DNA from: Bacillota bacterium
Lineage (GTDB): Bacteria; Bacillota; Clostridia; Peptostreptococcales; Anaerovoracaceae
Direction of reading: 5' to 3'
Length of the DNA: 64,000 nucleotides
Assembly (NCBI GenBank): GCA_017437745.1
Contig: JAFRYI010000006.1
Coordinates: forward strand, 1,964 to 65,963
Below, piece by piece: positions 1 through 12,230 of the stretch; the stretch's first letter is position 1, and each line of letters begins with the position of its first letter. A model generated the notes under the pieces. It did no database searches, was not told the DNA's origin, and saw nothing but the letters and a program-made list of their open reading frames with translations. Position numbers and translations under genes: made by a program.

Positions 1-898
<898 letters not shown>

Positions 899-964
899 CT
901 AACGTTTGTCTGCAAAGTCCCTCGAGCCTTTGTTTGCAAGGCTTTCCGGTCCTCCGGGTCTGCC

Positions 965-3580
965 CTACAGCAGGCTCAGCTGGTCGCCGTCGTCGATCAG
1001 TCCGCTGTCGTCCGCCGGCTCTTCGGCATTGGCGCCCTTCTCGGCTTTGGCGTTCTTAGCGCCCTTTTCCGCCTTGGAGTCCTTGGTCTCTGCCTTAGCG
1101 GGCTTCGCCGCGCCCTTGGCCGCAGGCTGCTCCGGCTCCTCGTCCAGCGCGTCGTCCCTGGGGGCCCTGGCAAGCGTTACGATCTCCGTGTCGCCTTCGA
1201 CCTTCATTATGCGTACGCCCTGCGTGGACCTGCCCAGTTCGGATACTTCGCCGGCGCTGATCCTTATTATGATGCCGTCCGTGTTGATAAGGAAGACCTC
1301 GTCGTCCGGAACGACGGAGATGGCTCCGATCAGAACGCCCGTCTTGTCGAACTTGGTCTTGTCGTAGGTAAGCAGGCCCTTGCCGCCCCTGGACTGCATC
1401 TTGTATTCCTTTACCGGAGTGCGCTTTCCGTAGCCGTTCTTGGAGACTACCAGCAGGCTCTCGCCCTTTACGGCAAGCTCCATGGACACTACTTCGTCGC
1501 CCTTGGACAGCGCTATGGCTCTTACGCCGCTCGCGTTGCGGCCCATGGGCCTTACTTCTTCCTCGTTGAAGCTTATGCACTTTCCGAGCTTGGTGATGAT
1601 TATTATGTTGCTGTTTCCGGTGGTCTCCGCTATGCCTACCAGCTCGTCGCCCTCCTTAAGCTTGATGGCTATGAGGCCGGTCTTGCGGTTGGTGATGTAC
1701 TCGGACACCGGCGTCTTCTTGATGGTTCCGTTCTTGGTGACGGCTATCAGGTAGCGGTTCTCGTCCACTTCGCCCACGGACATGATCGCGGCTATGCGCT
1801 CGTGCTGCATGGTGTTCAGGAAGTTGACGATGGGTATGCCCTTGCCTGTCCTTGCGCCCTCCGGGATCTCGTATGCCTTTATCATGAAGGCTCTGCCCAG
1901 CGAGGTGAAGAATACCAGCTGGTCGTGCGTGGAGCAGCTTACCAGGTGACGTACGAAGTCGTTCTCCCTTGTGGACAGACCCGTTACGCCCTTGCCGCCG
2001 CGCTTCTGCGTGCGGTAGGTGTCCGCGGTGACCCTCTTTATGTAGCCCAGGTGGGTTACCGTTACGACTATGTTCTCTTCCTGGATGAGTTCGGATTCGT
2101 CTATCTCATCCTCGTCGGCTATTATCTCCGTGCGGCGTGCGTCGCCCCACTTGTTCTTGATCTCGGTAAGCTCGTCCTTTACCACGCCCATCAGCAGGTG
2201 CTCGTCGGCAAGAAGGCTCTTGTAGTAGGCGATCTTTTTCTTAAGCTCCGCGTACTCGGCCTCTATCTTGTCGCGCTCCAGACCCTGCAGCCTCTTTAAC
2301 TGCATGTCCAGTATGGCCTGCGCCTGCTTTTCGGACAGGCCGAACTTGCGCATCAGCTGTTCCTTGGCGTCGTCGTAGGCTTCGCGTATGGTCTTGATTA
2401 TAGCGTCGATGTTGTCCAGCGCGATTATGTAACCTTCCAGGATGTGCGCCCTGGCTTCGGCCTTGGCAAGGTCGAACTTAGTGCGCCTGGTAAGGACTTC
2501 CTTCTGGTGCTTAATGTACTCCTCCAGGATCTCCTTAAGGTTAAGGAGACGCGGACGGCCGTCTACCAGAGCTATCATTATGATGCTGAAATTGCTCTCC
2601 AGCTCCGTGTGCTTGTAGAGGCGGTTGAGCATTACCTTGGGGTTGACGTCCTTCTTAAGGTCTATTACTATGCGGACCTCGCCCTTGGAGGACTCGTCGC
2701 GGATGTCCCTTATGCCTTCCAGCTTCTTGTCGCGGACAAGCTCGGCGATCTTGCTGATCATGGCCGCTTTGTTTACTCCGTAAGGCACTTCGGTAACTAT
2801 AATGGACACTGTGCCCCTTGCGCCTTCCTCTATGGTGGCCTTGGAGCGTACTCTTACCTTGCCCTGGCCTGTCCTGTAGGCTTCCTTAATGGCTGTTTTG
2901 CCTACGATTATTGCTCCGGTCGGGAAGTCCGGTCCCTTTATTGTCCTTATAAGCTTTTCTATGTCCGTGTCCGGATCGTCGATAAGCTGGCAGGTGGCGT
3001 CTATTACCTCCTTAAGATTGTGAGGCGGTATGGACGTAGCCATTCCTACGGCTATACCGTTGGATCCGTTGACCAGCAGGTTGGGGAACCTTGCCGGAAG
3101 GACCACCGGCTCTACTTCTTCGCCGTCGTAGTTGGGTATGAAGTCTACGGTATCCTTGTCTATGTCCCTTACCATCTCCAGCGCGAACGGAGCCATGCGG
3201 GCCTCGGTGTAACGCGAAGCGGCCGCGCCGTCGCCGTCCATGGATCCGAAGTTTCCGTGGCCGTCGACCAGCGGATTCCTCATGCTCCAGGGCTGGGCAA
3301 GCCTTACCATGGCGTCGTATATGGAAGCGTCGCCGTGGGGGTGGTACTTACCCATTACTTCGCCGACTATTCTTGCGGACTTCTTGTGGGGCTTGTCCGG
3401 GGTTATGCCCAGGGCGTCCATTCCGTAGAGTATCCTTCTGTGAACGGGCTTAAGACCGTCGCGGACGTCCGGAAGGGCGCGGGCAACTATTACCGACATC
3501 GAGTAGTCGATGTAGGATTTTTTCATTTCGTCGTATATCTCGTGCTGTACGAGCTTGGTATCGTGAAGCAGATCTGCCAT
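965..3580 (-). CDS. gyrA: DNA gyrase subunit A
   Basis: 871-aa ORF. N-terminal [27 protein letters not shown] and HPHGD motifs, C-terminal beta-pinwheel repeats, and a long Lys/Ala/Glu-rich then acidic tail. Lies directly downstream of gyrB. Confidence 0.97.
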   Translation of the reverse strand: MADLLHDTKLVQHEIYDEMKKSYIDYSMSVIVARALPDVRDGLKPVHRRILYGMDALGITPDKPHKKSARIVGEVMGKYHPHGDASIYDAMVRLAQPWSMRNPLVDGHGNFGSMDGDGAAASRYTEARMAPFALEMVRDIDKDTVDFIPNYDGEEVEPVVLPARFPNLLVNGSNGIAVGMATSIPPHNLKEVIDATCQLIDDPDTDIEKLIRTIKGPDFPTGAIIVGKTAIKEAYRTGQGKVRVRSKATIEEGARGTVSIIVTEVPYGVNKAAMISKIAELVRDKKLEGIRDIRDESSKGEVRIVIDLKKDVNPKVMLNRLYKHTELESNFSIIMIALVDGRPRLLNLKEILEEYIKHQKEVLTRRTKFDLAKAEARAHILEGYIIALDNIDAIIKTIREAYDDAKEQLMRKFGLSEKQAQAILDMQLKRLQGLERDKIEAEYAELKKKIAYYKSLLADEHLLMGVVKDELTEIKNKWGDARRTEIIADEDEIDESELIQEENIVVTVTHLGYIKRVTADTYRTQKRGGKGVTGLSTRENDFVRHLVSCSTHDQLVFFTSLGRAFMIKAYEIPEGARTGKGIPIVNFLNTMQHERIAAIMSVGEVDENRYLIAVTKNGTIKKTPVSEYITNRKTGLIAIKLKEGDELVGIAETTGNSNIIIITKLGKCISFNEEEVRPMGRNASGVRAIALSKGDEVVSMELAVKGESLLVVSKNGYGKRTPVKEYKMQSRGGKGLLTYDKTKFDKTGVLIGAISVVPDDEVFLINTDGIIIRISAGEVSELGRSTQGVRIMKVEGDTEIVTLARAPRDDALDEEPEQPAAKGAAKPAKAETKDSKAEKGAKNAKAEKGANAEEPADDSGLIDDGDQLSLL

Positions 3581-3592
3581 CTCAACACCTCC

Positions 3593-5656
<2,064 letters not shown>

Positions 5657-5724
5657 TTATGCCCTGAAATCGGCTGTTTTTTTAAAAACACAACATGTAT
5701 TGCATGTGCAAAAAGTGGAATACT

Positions 5725-5799
5725 TTATCCACAACCTGTGGATAAGTTGTGGAAACGCTAATAATTTCGCTTTTCCACAGGGGATATTCCTGTGGAAAA
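5725..5799. promoter_or_regulatory. DnaA-box cluster (oriC part 1 / dnaA promoter region)
   Basis: Five close matches to TTATCCACA: TTATCCACA 5725-5733, TGTGGATAA 5737-5745, TGTGGAAAC 5748-5756, TTTTCCACA 5771-5779, TGTGGAAAA 5791-5799. AT-rich runs lie at about 5644-5692. Confidence 0.85.
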
Positions 5800-5806
5800 C
5801 TTTTTT

Positions 5807-5815
5807 TGCTATAAT
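5807..5815 (+). promoter_or_regulatory. extended -10 element (TGCTATAAT), putative dnaA promoter
   Basis: TGnTATAAT match immediately after the DnaA-box cluster and about 135 nt upstream of the dnaA ATG. Confidence 0.5.
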
Positions 5816-5949
5816 GCACTTGAACACAAGATGTGCTGTTTCAAGGGGGTCAGGCATTCTTACTTTTTAAGGATAGTCCTGTCCTTTTTATACGGCGATT
5901 TGATATAATTACTAGACTGAAAAGATCGCATTTTTTAACCGTTACAGTA

Positions 5950-7287
5950 ATGACTAAAACAGAACTTAAAGCATCCTGGGAAAACATACTGGCGCTGATG
6001 GAAAAGAAGACCGACAGACTTGTCGCGGACACCTTTTTCAGGCCCCTTACGCCGTCCAAACTCAGCGAAAAAGAGCAGAAGCTGTTTTTGCTTGCGCCCA
6101 AAGGATCCGAATCTGCCTTCTACCAGAACATGGTCAACAACCACCAGGAAAATCTGATGGAATGCATATCCGCAGTCCTTGGAAAACCTTATTTCGCAGA
6201 GGTCGTGGAGTCCGAGATCCCGGAGGATCAGGAGGACCCTTATATTGCGGAAGATACCCTGAATCCCAGATATACGTTCGAGAGCTTCGTAGCCGGTCCC
6301 AACAACAGGATGGCCTACGCGGCATCCGTTTCCGTTGCGGAAAGCTACTCCAGAAAGTACAATCCCCTGTTCATATACAGCGGCAGCGGCCTGGGCAAGA
6401 CGCACCTGATGCACGCCATAGGTCACTATGTGCGCCAGAAGAGGCCCCGCAAGAAGGTCCTCTACGTTTCCGCAGAGACTTTTACCGCGGAACTGATAGA
6501 AGCGATACGCACAAAGCAGCAGCAGGCGTTCAAGGATAAATACCGCAAGGTGGATTATCTTTTGTTCGACGACGTGCAGTTCATAGCCGCCGGCAACAAA
6601 GCCGTGGAGGACGAACTTTTCAATACTTTCGAGGCTCTTTACAATTCCAACAGCCAGCTGGTATTCACTTCCGACAGACCGCCGAAGGAACTGAACGGTC
6701 TTCCGGAAAGGCTGATCAGCCGTTTCAGCTGGGGACTTTCAGTGGATATTCAGCCGCCTTCGTTCGAGACGCGTCTTGCCATACTTCAGAACAAAGCCAT
6801 TCTGGAGGGCCTGGACATTAAGGACCCGGATCTTAACGCCGTTATGGAAGTAATAGCCCACGGTGTGGAGAGCAACATCCGCGAACTGGAGGGTTCCTTC
6901 AACAGAGTTCTGGCTCATTCCGTACTCGTAGGAGAAAAGATTAACCTTCCGCTCGCGAAGAAAGTTCTTACAGACGTTCTTAATACTAAAGAATCGGAAA
7001 TAACTCCGGCGGATATTAAAAAGGCAGTCTCCAACTACTTTAAGATAAAGGTCTCCGAAATGGAATCTCCGAAGCGCGCCAGGAGCGTGGCTTATCCCAG
7101 ACAGATCGCTATCTATCTTATAAGGGAGATGTGCCCTAATTATTCCTTCCCGAAGATAGGCGAGATATTCGGGGGAAGAGATCATACGACCATTCTTCAC
7201 AGCTACGAAAAGATCTGCGACGAGATGGACATGTCTCAGGACGTAAGAAACGTTGTGGAGAACATCAGATCGAATATAACGCTGTAG
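5950..7287 (+). CDS. dnaA: chromosomal replication initiator protein DnaA
   Basis: ORF track gives 5833..7287. I trimmed it to ATG 5950 (MTKTELKASWENILALMEKK). Walker A GSGLGKTHL and a C-terminal DnaA-box-binding domain (RDHTTILHSYEKI) are present. No clear SD, so the start is uncertain. Confidence 0.95.
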   Translation: MTKTELKASWENILALMEKKTDRLVADTFFRPLTPSKLSEKEQKLFLLAPKGSESAFYQNMVNNHQENLMECISAVLGKPYFAEVVESEIPEDQEDPYIAEDTLNPRYTFESFVAGPNNRMAYAASVSVAESYSRKYNPLFIYSGSGLGKTHLMHAIGHYVRQKRPRKKVLYVSAETFTAELIEAIRTKQQQAFKDKYRKVDYLLFDDVQFIAAGNKAVEDELFNTFEALYNSNSQLVFTSDRPPKELNGLPERLISRFSWGLSVDIQPPSFETRLAILQNKAILEGLDIKDPDLNAVMEVIAHGVESNIRELEGSFNRVLAHSVLVGEKINLPLAKKVLTDVLNTKESEITPADIKKAVSNYFKIKVSEMESPKRARSVAYPRQIAIYLIREMCPNYSFPKIGEIFGGRDHTTILHSYEKICDEMDMSQDVRNVVENIRSNITL

Positions 7288-7440
7288 TTTTACACAGCCT
7301 GTGGAAAAGATGTTTTTTGTTTTCCACAAGTTATTAAATAAAGTTTTCGTTGAGATTTAAAAGTTTTTGAGGGTTTTCAACTTTTCAACAGACCAACAAC
7401 ATCAGCAACAGCAAAAATAATTATAAAGAAAGGGACGACC
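7288..7440. promoter_or_regulatory. dnaA-dnaN intergenic DnaA boxes plus AT-rich stretch (oriC part 2, candidate unwinding region)
   Basis: TTTTACACA 7288-7296 (degenerate), TGTGGAAAA 7300-7308 and TTTTCCACA 7320-7328, followed by AT-rich sequence at 7329-7390. Matches the bipartite oriC layout known from Firmicutes. Confidence 0.7.
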
Positions 7441-8544
7441 ATGAGATTCACATGCACTCAGCTTGCGCTTGTTAAAGCGATCAATACTGTTTCGAAAGCA
7501 GTTTCATCCAGAACTACCATTCCTATTCTTAAAGGAATACTTATGGAAGTAAAGGACGGCAGACTTACCCTTTCCGCTTCCGATCTTGATCTTAGCATTC
7601 AGACCAGCATAGACGTTCAGTCTTCTGAAGAAGGAAAAGCTGTTGTTTTATCCAGACTTTTCGGAGAGATAGTAAGAAAGCTTCCTAATTCTTTAATTAC
7701 CGTAAAGACAGAAGATGAAAAACTGAACATACAGTGCCTCGGATCTGATTTCAACATCATTACTCTGGCAGCCGACGAGTTCCCGGTAATAGGCGGAGTA
7801 GAAACAAAGGACTTCATAGAGATAAATAAAGAAGATCTTTGCGGTCTCATCAAGAAGACTGTCTTTGCAGCAAGCATAGATGAGAAAAAAGGAATACTTA
7901 CAGGAACTTTATTAAATTTTGAGAATAGCAACTTAGAATTAGTTGCATTAGACGGATTCAGAATGGCAGTGGCTAAAAACACTGTGGATTCAACGCTTAA
8001 CAGAAGAATAATAGTACCGGCAAGAATACTTTCCGAGATAAATAAGATACTCGGAGAGGATGAAGGCAGCGATCAGGTATCGATGGCCATAGAAGATAAG
8101 AAGATAGAAATATTAACGGAAGATACCAGGGTAATAGCCAGGCTTCTCGAAGGAGATTTTATTAAATACAGAGAGATAATACCTTCCAGCTGCAACACTA
8201 CGGTAATAGTAGGAAGAGAAGAGATACTGAACAGCATAGAAAGAGCTTCGCTGCTTGCAAAGGAAGGAAAGAATAATCTTGTAAAGTTCGACATCAAGGC
8301 CGGAAGTCTGGATATAAGCTCCAGATCCGAAGAAGGTATGGTAAACGAGCATGTAGGAGCTGAAGTTACAGGAAAGGATCTTGTAATAGGATTCAACTCC
8401 AAATACATACTGGACGTTCTTAAATCCATAACCGACGAAGAAATAAAGTTCGAGATGGGAAGCAGCGTAAGTTCCTGCCTGATAAAACAGGTTGATGGAG
8501 ACGATTATACATATCTGGTGCTTCCGGTAAGGATCGCAGTTTGA
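7441..8544 (+). CDS. dnaN: DNA polymerase III subunit beta (sliding clamp)
   Basis: 367 aa. N-terminus MRFTCTQLALVKAINTVSKAVSSRTTIPILKGILMEV is typical of the beta clamp. Follows dnaA. Confidence 0.95.
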   Translation: MRFTCTQLALVKAINTVSKAVSSRTTIPILKGILMEVKDGRLTLSASDLDLSIQTSIDVQSSEEGKAVVLSRLFGEIVRKLPNSLITVKTEDEKLNIQCLGSDFNIITLAADEFPVIGGVETKDFIEINKEDLCGLIKKTVFAASIDEKKGILTGTLLNFENSNLELVALDGFRMAVAKNTVDSTLNRRIIVPARILSEINKILGEDEGSDQVSMAIEDKKIEILTEDTRVIARLLEGDFIKYREIIPSSCNTTVIVGREEILNSIERASLLAKEGKNNLVKFDIKAGSLDISSRSEEGMVNEHVGAEVTGKDLVIGFNSKYILDVLKSITDEEIKFEMGSSVSSCLIKQVDGDDYTYLVLPVRIAV

Positions 8545-8547
8545 TAG

Positions 8548-9639
8548 ATGTATTTTAAAAGCGTAGAACTTAACAACTTCAGAAATTATAAAGATCAGAA
8601 AGTAGAATTCGATCCGGATCTCAACATAATATTAGGAGATAACGCCCAGGGAAAGACGAACCTTCTTGAAAGTTTGTTCATAATGGGTCTGGGCAGATCG
8701 TTCAAGACTACCAATGATAAAGAGATGATAGCCTTTGGGGAGGATTTCTCAAGGGCTTCTTCTGTTGTTATAGGCGATGATAAAGAGACTCAGATAGACA
8801 TTGTCTACAATCAGGAAGGAAAGATAATAAAGGTCGACGGAATAAAACTGCAAAGAAGTGTCGATCTTTTAGAGAATGTATATGTAGTCGTTTTCTCGCC
8901 GGAAGATCTGAGGATAGTAAAGGATGGTCCGGAGCACAGAAGAAGGTTTTTAGATAGAGAACTTTGTCAGATAAAACCCATGTACTACAGTGACCTGGGC
9001 AATTATAAAAAAATACTTAAACAGCGCAATTCTTACTTAAAAGAAGACGCTATAGACAGAGAATTGTTCGAAGTATTTGACGAAAGTTTAATAAACTACG
9101 GAATACGCATAGTAGAAGAGCGTAAAAGATTCACGGAAAGACTGTACGGGATCTGCGGAAAGATACACAGCGACATATCCAACGGACGCGAAAAACTGGC
9201 TATCAGATACGAAACTGAGATAAAGGATAAGGACAGTTTCAGGCAGCTTTTAAAAGGATCTTTCGAAACAGACAGAATTAAAGGATATACGAGCTGCGGA
9301 CCGCATAAGGATTACCTGGGAATATTCATAAACGGCAAGGATATAAGGATATACGGATCGCAGGGACAGCAGAGGACGGCGTCGCTTTCCATGAAGCTTG
9401 CGGAAGTGGAGCTTATAAAGAACGAGACCGGCCAGAATCCGGTGCTTCTTCTGGACGATGTGTTCTCCGAGCTGGACGCCGGCAGGCAGAAATACCTGAT
9501 AGAGTCCATGAAAGGCGTTCAGATATTCGTAACGGCCACCGGAATAGAGGAAGGTCTTATGGATATAATGCCGGACGGAAACGTTTATTATGTTGACAAT
9601 GGAAAAATCAACTTATATAATAAGCAAGTTAATGCTTAA
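8548..9639 (+). CDS. recF: DNA replication/repair protein RecF
   Basis: 363 aa. Walker A GDNAQGKTNLLES, a GSQGQQRT signature and LLLDDV (Walker B). Starts 3 nt after dnaN. Confidence 0.93.
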   Translation: MYFKSVELNNFRNYKDQKVEFDPDLNIILGDNAQGKTNLLESLFIMGLGRSFKTTNDKEMIAFGEDFSRASSVVIGDDKETQIDIVYNQEGKIIKVDGIKLQRSVDLLENVYVVVFSPEDLRIVKDGPEHRRRFLDRELCQIKPMYYSDLGNYKKILKQRNSYLKEDAIDRELFEVFDESLINYGIRIVEERKRFTERLYGICGKIHSDISNGREKLAIRYETEIKDKDSFRQLLKGSFETDRIKGYTSCGPHKDYLGIFINGKDIRIYGSQGQQRTASLSMKLAEVELIKNETGQNPVLLLDDVFSELDAGRQKYLIESMKGVQIFVTATGIEEGLMDIMPDGNVYYVDNGKINLYNKQVNA

Positions 9640-9675
9640 AGTGGAAAAGTATCATCAGGGAAAGGAGGAAACATC

Positions 9676-9819
9676 ATGGCAAAGGGAAAAATGACACTGC
9701 AGCCCAAGACCCGTCAGAGAGCCAAGGAGCACGGCTTCCGCAAGAGAATGGCTACCAAGAACGGCAGAAACGTCATCAAGAGAAGAAGACTCAGGGGCAG
9801 AAAGCGTCTCAGCGCGTAA
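9676..9819 (+). CDS. rpmH: 50S ribosomal protein L34
   Basis: Below the ORF-track size cutoff. My translation is [55 protein letters not shown] at 9663-9668. Stop overlaps the rnpA start (TAATG). Confidence 0.9.
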   Translation: MAKGKMTLQPKTRQRAKEHGFRKRMATKNGRNVIKRRRLRGRKRLSA

Positions 9820-10157
9820 TGAAAGACCCTAAAGTTCTAAGGAACAAGGAAGATTTCAACAGACTTTTCAAGAAGGGAAAGTCTGCTCCGTCAAAATATG
9901 TGGTAATGCTCCACACGGAGAACGGTCTTCCTTACAGCAGGCGGGCCTTTTTGGCAAGCAAGAAGGTCGGCAACAGCGTACAAAGACATAGGGCAGTACG
10001 CTTAATGAGAGAATCCTTCCGCCAGATCAGCAGAGAATACTCTGTGAAGGAAGGAAAAGATTTTTTATTTATAGCCAGAAGTACCATTTTAGATCTGAAA
10101 TGCGCGGATGTGAAAAAATCTATCGAGGCCGCGATGAAAAGGGAAGGCTGTATCTGA
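9819..10157 (+). CDS. rnpA: ribonuclease P protein component
   Basis: 112-aa basic protein with a [21 protein letters not shown] motif. Canonical position after rpmH. Confidence 0.9.
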   Translation: MKDPKVLRNKEDFNRLFKKGKSAPSKYVVMLHTENGLPYSRRAFLASKKVGNSVQRHRAVRLMRESFRQISREYSVKEGKDFLFIARSTILDLKCADVKKSIEAAMKREGCI

Positions 10158-10161
10158 CACC

Positions 10162-10371
10162 ATGAAGCATATTCTTTTATTCTTGATAGGAATATATCGT
10201 GGTTACATATCGCCCAGGTTTCCGGGAGTGTGCAGGTTTACGCCCACATGCTCGGAATATGCCATGCAGGCGATAGAGAAATACGGCGCCCTTAAGGGTA
10301 CATGGCTGGCGATCAAAAGAATTTTAAGGTGCCACCCGGGAAATCCCGGAGGATACGATCCGGTACCTTAA
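10162..10371 (+). CDS. yidD: membrane protein insertion efficiency factor YidD
   Basis: 69 aa with the conserved [11 protein letters not shown] motif, located between rnpA and yidC. Confidence 0.92.
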   Translation: MKHILLFLIGIYRGYISPRFPGVCRFTPTCSEYAMQAIEKYGALKGTWLAIKRILRCHPGNPGGYDPVP

Positions 10372-10383
10372 GCTGGAGGAAAA

Positions 10384-11106
10384 ATGGCAGCAATTACAGG
10401 ATTTTTCGCAACAGTGATCGGTTATCCGATGCAGTGGATATACTCCGTGGTTCACAACTACGGTGTTTCGATCATTATTCTTACCCTTCTGGTAAGACTC
10501 TGTCTTCTTCCGCTCTACTCAAAGCAGATAAAAAACAGCGCTAAGATGGCCGAGCTCCAGCCGAAACTTAAGGAGATCCAGACCAGATACGCAAATAACA
10601 GGGAAAAGATGAACGAGGAAGTATCCAAGCTCTACGAGCAGGCGGGTACGAAGCCCACCGCGGGATGCCTTCCCCTGCTTATCCAGCTCCCTATAATCTA
10701 CGGATTGTTCGCGCTTCTCAGAAACCCGCTCGTATACATGAAGATGACCAACATGATCGCCGCGGTACACGAGTCGTTCTTCTGGGTGACGGACCTGAGC
10801 CAGCCTGATTCCTGGTTCCTCCCGATCCTTGCAGGAATAACGACCTACTTTACCTCCGCGGTAAGCATGGCGGGAGCGGAAGGCGCCGGCGGCGGAATGA
10901 TGAGCGGCATGAAATATTTCATGCCCATACTGATATTCCTTATGGGAAGATCCTTCCCCGCGGGACTTGCCCTCTACTGGACGATAGGTAACGTTGTTAT
11001 GATCGCTCAGTCCTTCTATTTCAACAAGAAGAAGGCTAAAGAGAAGGCCAGGGAAGAAGCGGAAGCCGAAGTTCTCAAGAGGATGAGAAAAGAAGGCGTA
11101 AAATAG
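10384..11106 (+). CDS. yidC: membrane protein insertase YidC/Oxa1 family (short Gram-positive form)
   Basis: 240 aa, multi-TM, with a basic C-terminal tail (KKKAKEKAREEAEAE). GGAGGA SD. Synteny rnpA-yidD-yidC-jag. Confidence 0.9.
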   Translation: MAAITGFFATVIGYPMQWIYSVVHNYGVSIIILTLLVRLCLLPLYSKQIKNSAKMAELQPKLKEIQTRYANNREKMNEEVSKLYEQAGTKPTAGCLPLLIQLPIIYGLFALLRNPLVYMKMTNMIAAVHESFFWVTDLSQPDSWFLPILAGITTYFTSAVSMAGAEGAGGGMMSGMKYFMPILIFLMGRSFPAGLALYWTIGNVVMIAQSFYFNKKKAKEKAREEAEAEVLKRMRKEGVK

Positions 11107-11121
11107 CATAGTGGAGGACTA

Positions 11122-11967
11122 ATGAGATATTCAGAAAAGTGGGGCGACAGCATAGATTCTGCTGTGGCGCTTGCGCTTCAGGATCTTAAGCTTACCAGGG
11201 AGCAGGTGACAGTCACCGTTCTTGAGGAGCCGTCCAAGGGATTCTTCGGGATCGGTTCCAAGCTCGCCAAGGTAAGGGTCGAGGAGATAGCCCCCGAGAA
11301 GCCGGCCGTAGAGGAAAAGCCCGCTAAGCCGGAAAAGAAAGATAAAGAAGAAAGAAAGGCCGAGGCGCCCAAAGCCCAGGCAAAGGAAGAGACCAGAGAA
11401 AAGCGCGCTTCCGAAAAGCCCGCAAAGAAGAAGGACAAGAAGCCGCGCGGCAAAAGAGAATTTAAGATAGAAGGCGAAGCCCAGTCCGTATCCGCAAAGC
11501 CGGCGGATCTGGTGGACATGCCTGAGCATCCCGCAAAGGCCTTCCTTACGGATCTTATAAGGGAGATGGGCCTGGAGGCGAGCGTTAAGGTAGCCGCCAA
11601 CGCGGACAGCGTGTACGCTGACATAGAAGGCGCGGACACCGGAACGATAATAGGAAAGCGCGGACAGACGCTGGATTCCATCCAGTATCTTACCAGCCTG
11701 GTAGTGAACAAGGGCGAAGACGAGTACATCCGTGTGGTCGTGGACGCCGAGGGCTACAGGGCAAAGCGCGAAGCAACGCTGGAGAAGCTTGCATACAAGC
11801 TTGCGGAGAAGTCCGTAAGGACGGGCCGCAGCGTAAAGCTGGAACCGATGAACCCCTACGAGAGAAAGGTCATACATACCACTCTGCAGACGGTCCCCGC
11901 GGTGGTGACCAGGAGCGAAGGCAGCGAGCCGCACAGAAGGGTCGTAATCGAGCCCGCAAAGAAATAA
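11122..11967 (+). CDS. jag: RNA-binding protein Jag/KhpB (Jag_N, KH, R3H)
   Basis: 281 aa. Lys/Glu-rich linker, KH-like IGKRGQTLDSIQYL and C-terminal R3H-like ERKVIHTTLQ. Follows yidC. Confidence 0.88.
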   Translation: MRYSEKWGDSIDSAVALALQDLKLTREQVTVTVLEEPSKGFFGIGSKLAKVRVEEIAPEKPAVEEKPAKPEKKDKEERKAEAPKAQAKEETREKRASEKPAKKKDKKPRGKREFKIEGEAQSVSAKPADLVDMPEHPAKAFLTDLIREMGLEASVKVAANADSVYADIEGADTGTIIGKRGQTLDSIQYLTSLVVNKGEDEYIRVVVDAEGYRAKREATLEKLAYKLAEKSVRTGRSVKLEPMNPYERKVIHTTLQTVPAVVTRSEGSEPHRRVVIEPAKK

Positions 11968-11973
11968 ACGTTA

Positions 11974-12006
11974 AAGGCGGGGCATATGCTCCGCCTTGAT
12001 TTTTAT
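11974..12006 (+). terminator. intrinsic terminator after jag
   Basis: Stem AAGGCGGGGCA/TGCTCCGCCTT followed by GATTTTTAT. Confidence 0.7.
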
Positions 12007-12190
12007 CCGGCTTCGGTCCGGACTTCAGATGTTCTCTCAGCGCACTCCGCGGCTACACGCAGAGCCTTTTCGAGGCTTTTATCCGTTCGGCTCGTACCTA
12101 ACGGCCTTACGGAAAAGCCTTAACGAAAAGTCTCTTCTACCGCTCCGAAGCGCTTCGAGCCACCTGCAGTCCGGACCGGACAGATAAAAG
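12000..12190. repeat. ~190-bp long imperfect palindrome (rod-like hairpin element) between jag and mnmE
   Basis: Left end TTTTTATCCGGCTTCGGTCCGGACTTCAG pairs with right end CTGCAGTCCGGACCGGACAGATAAAAG. Inner segments also pair (CTTTTCG/CGAAAAG, AGGCTTTT/AAAAGCCT, CCGT/ACGG). No credible CDS. Confidence 0.6.
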
Positions 12191-12230
12191 TCACGGATAG
12201 CAATTTGTCAGTTAACCAATACAGCCGAAA

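Noticed and set aside
7394-7414. Trinucleotide-periodic CAACAACATCAGCAACAGCAA as possible DnaA-trios.
   Set aside because: It does not fit the 3'-GAT-5' trio consensus well. It is about 65 bp away from the nearest DnaA box rather than adjacent. It more probably belongs to the dnaN 5' UTR.
11996-12187. 63-aa ORF between jag and mnmE.
   Set aside because: It coincides with the long hairpin element. It has no SD, its start lies inside the jag terminator, and its composition is dictated by the palindrome.
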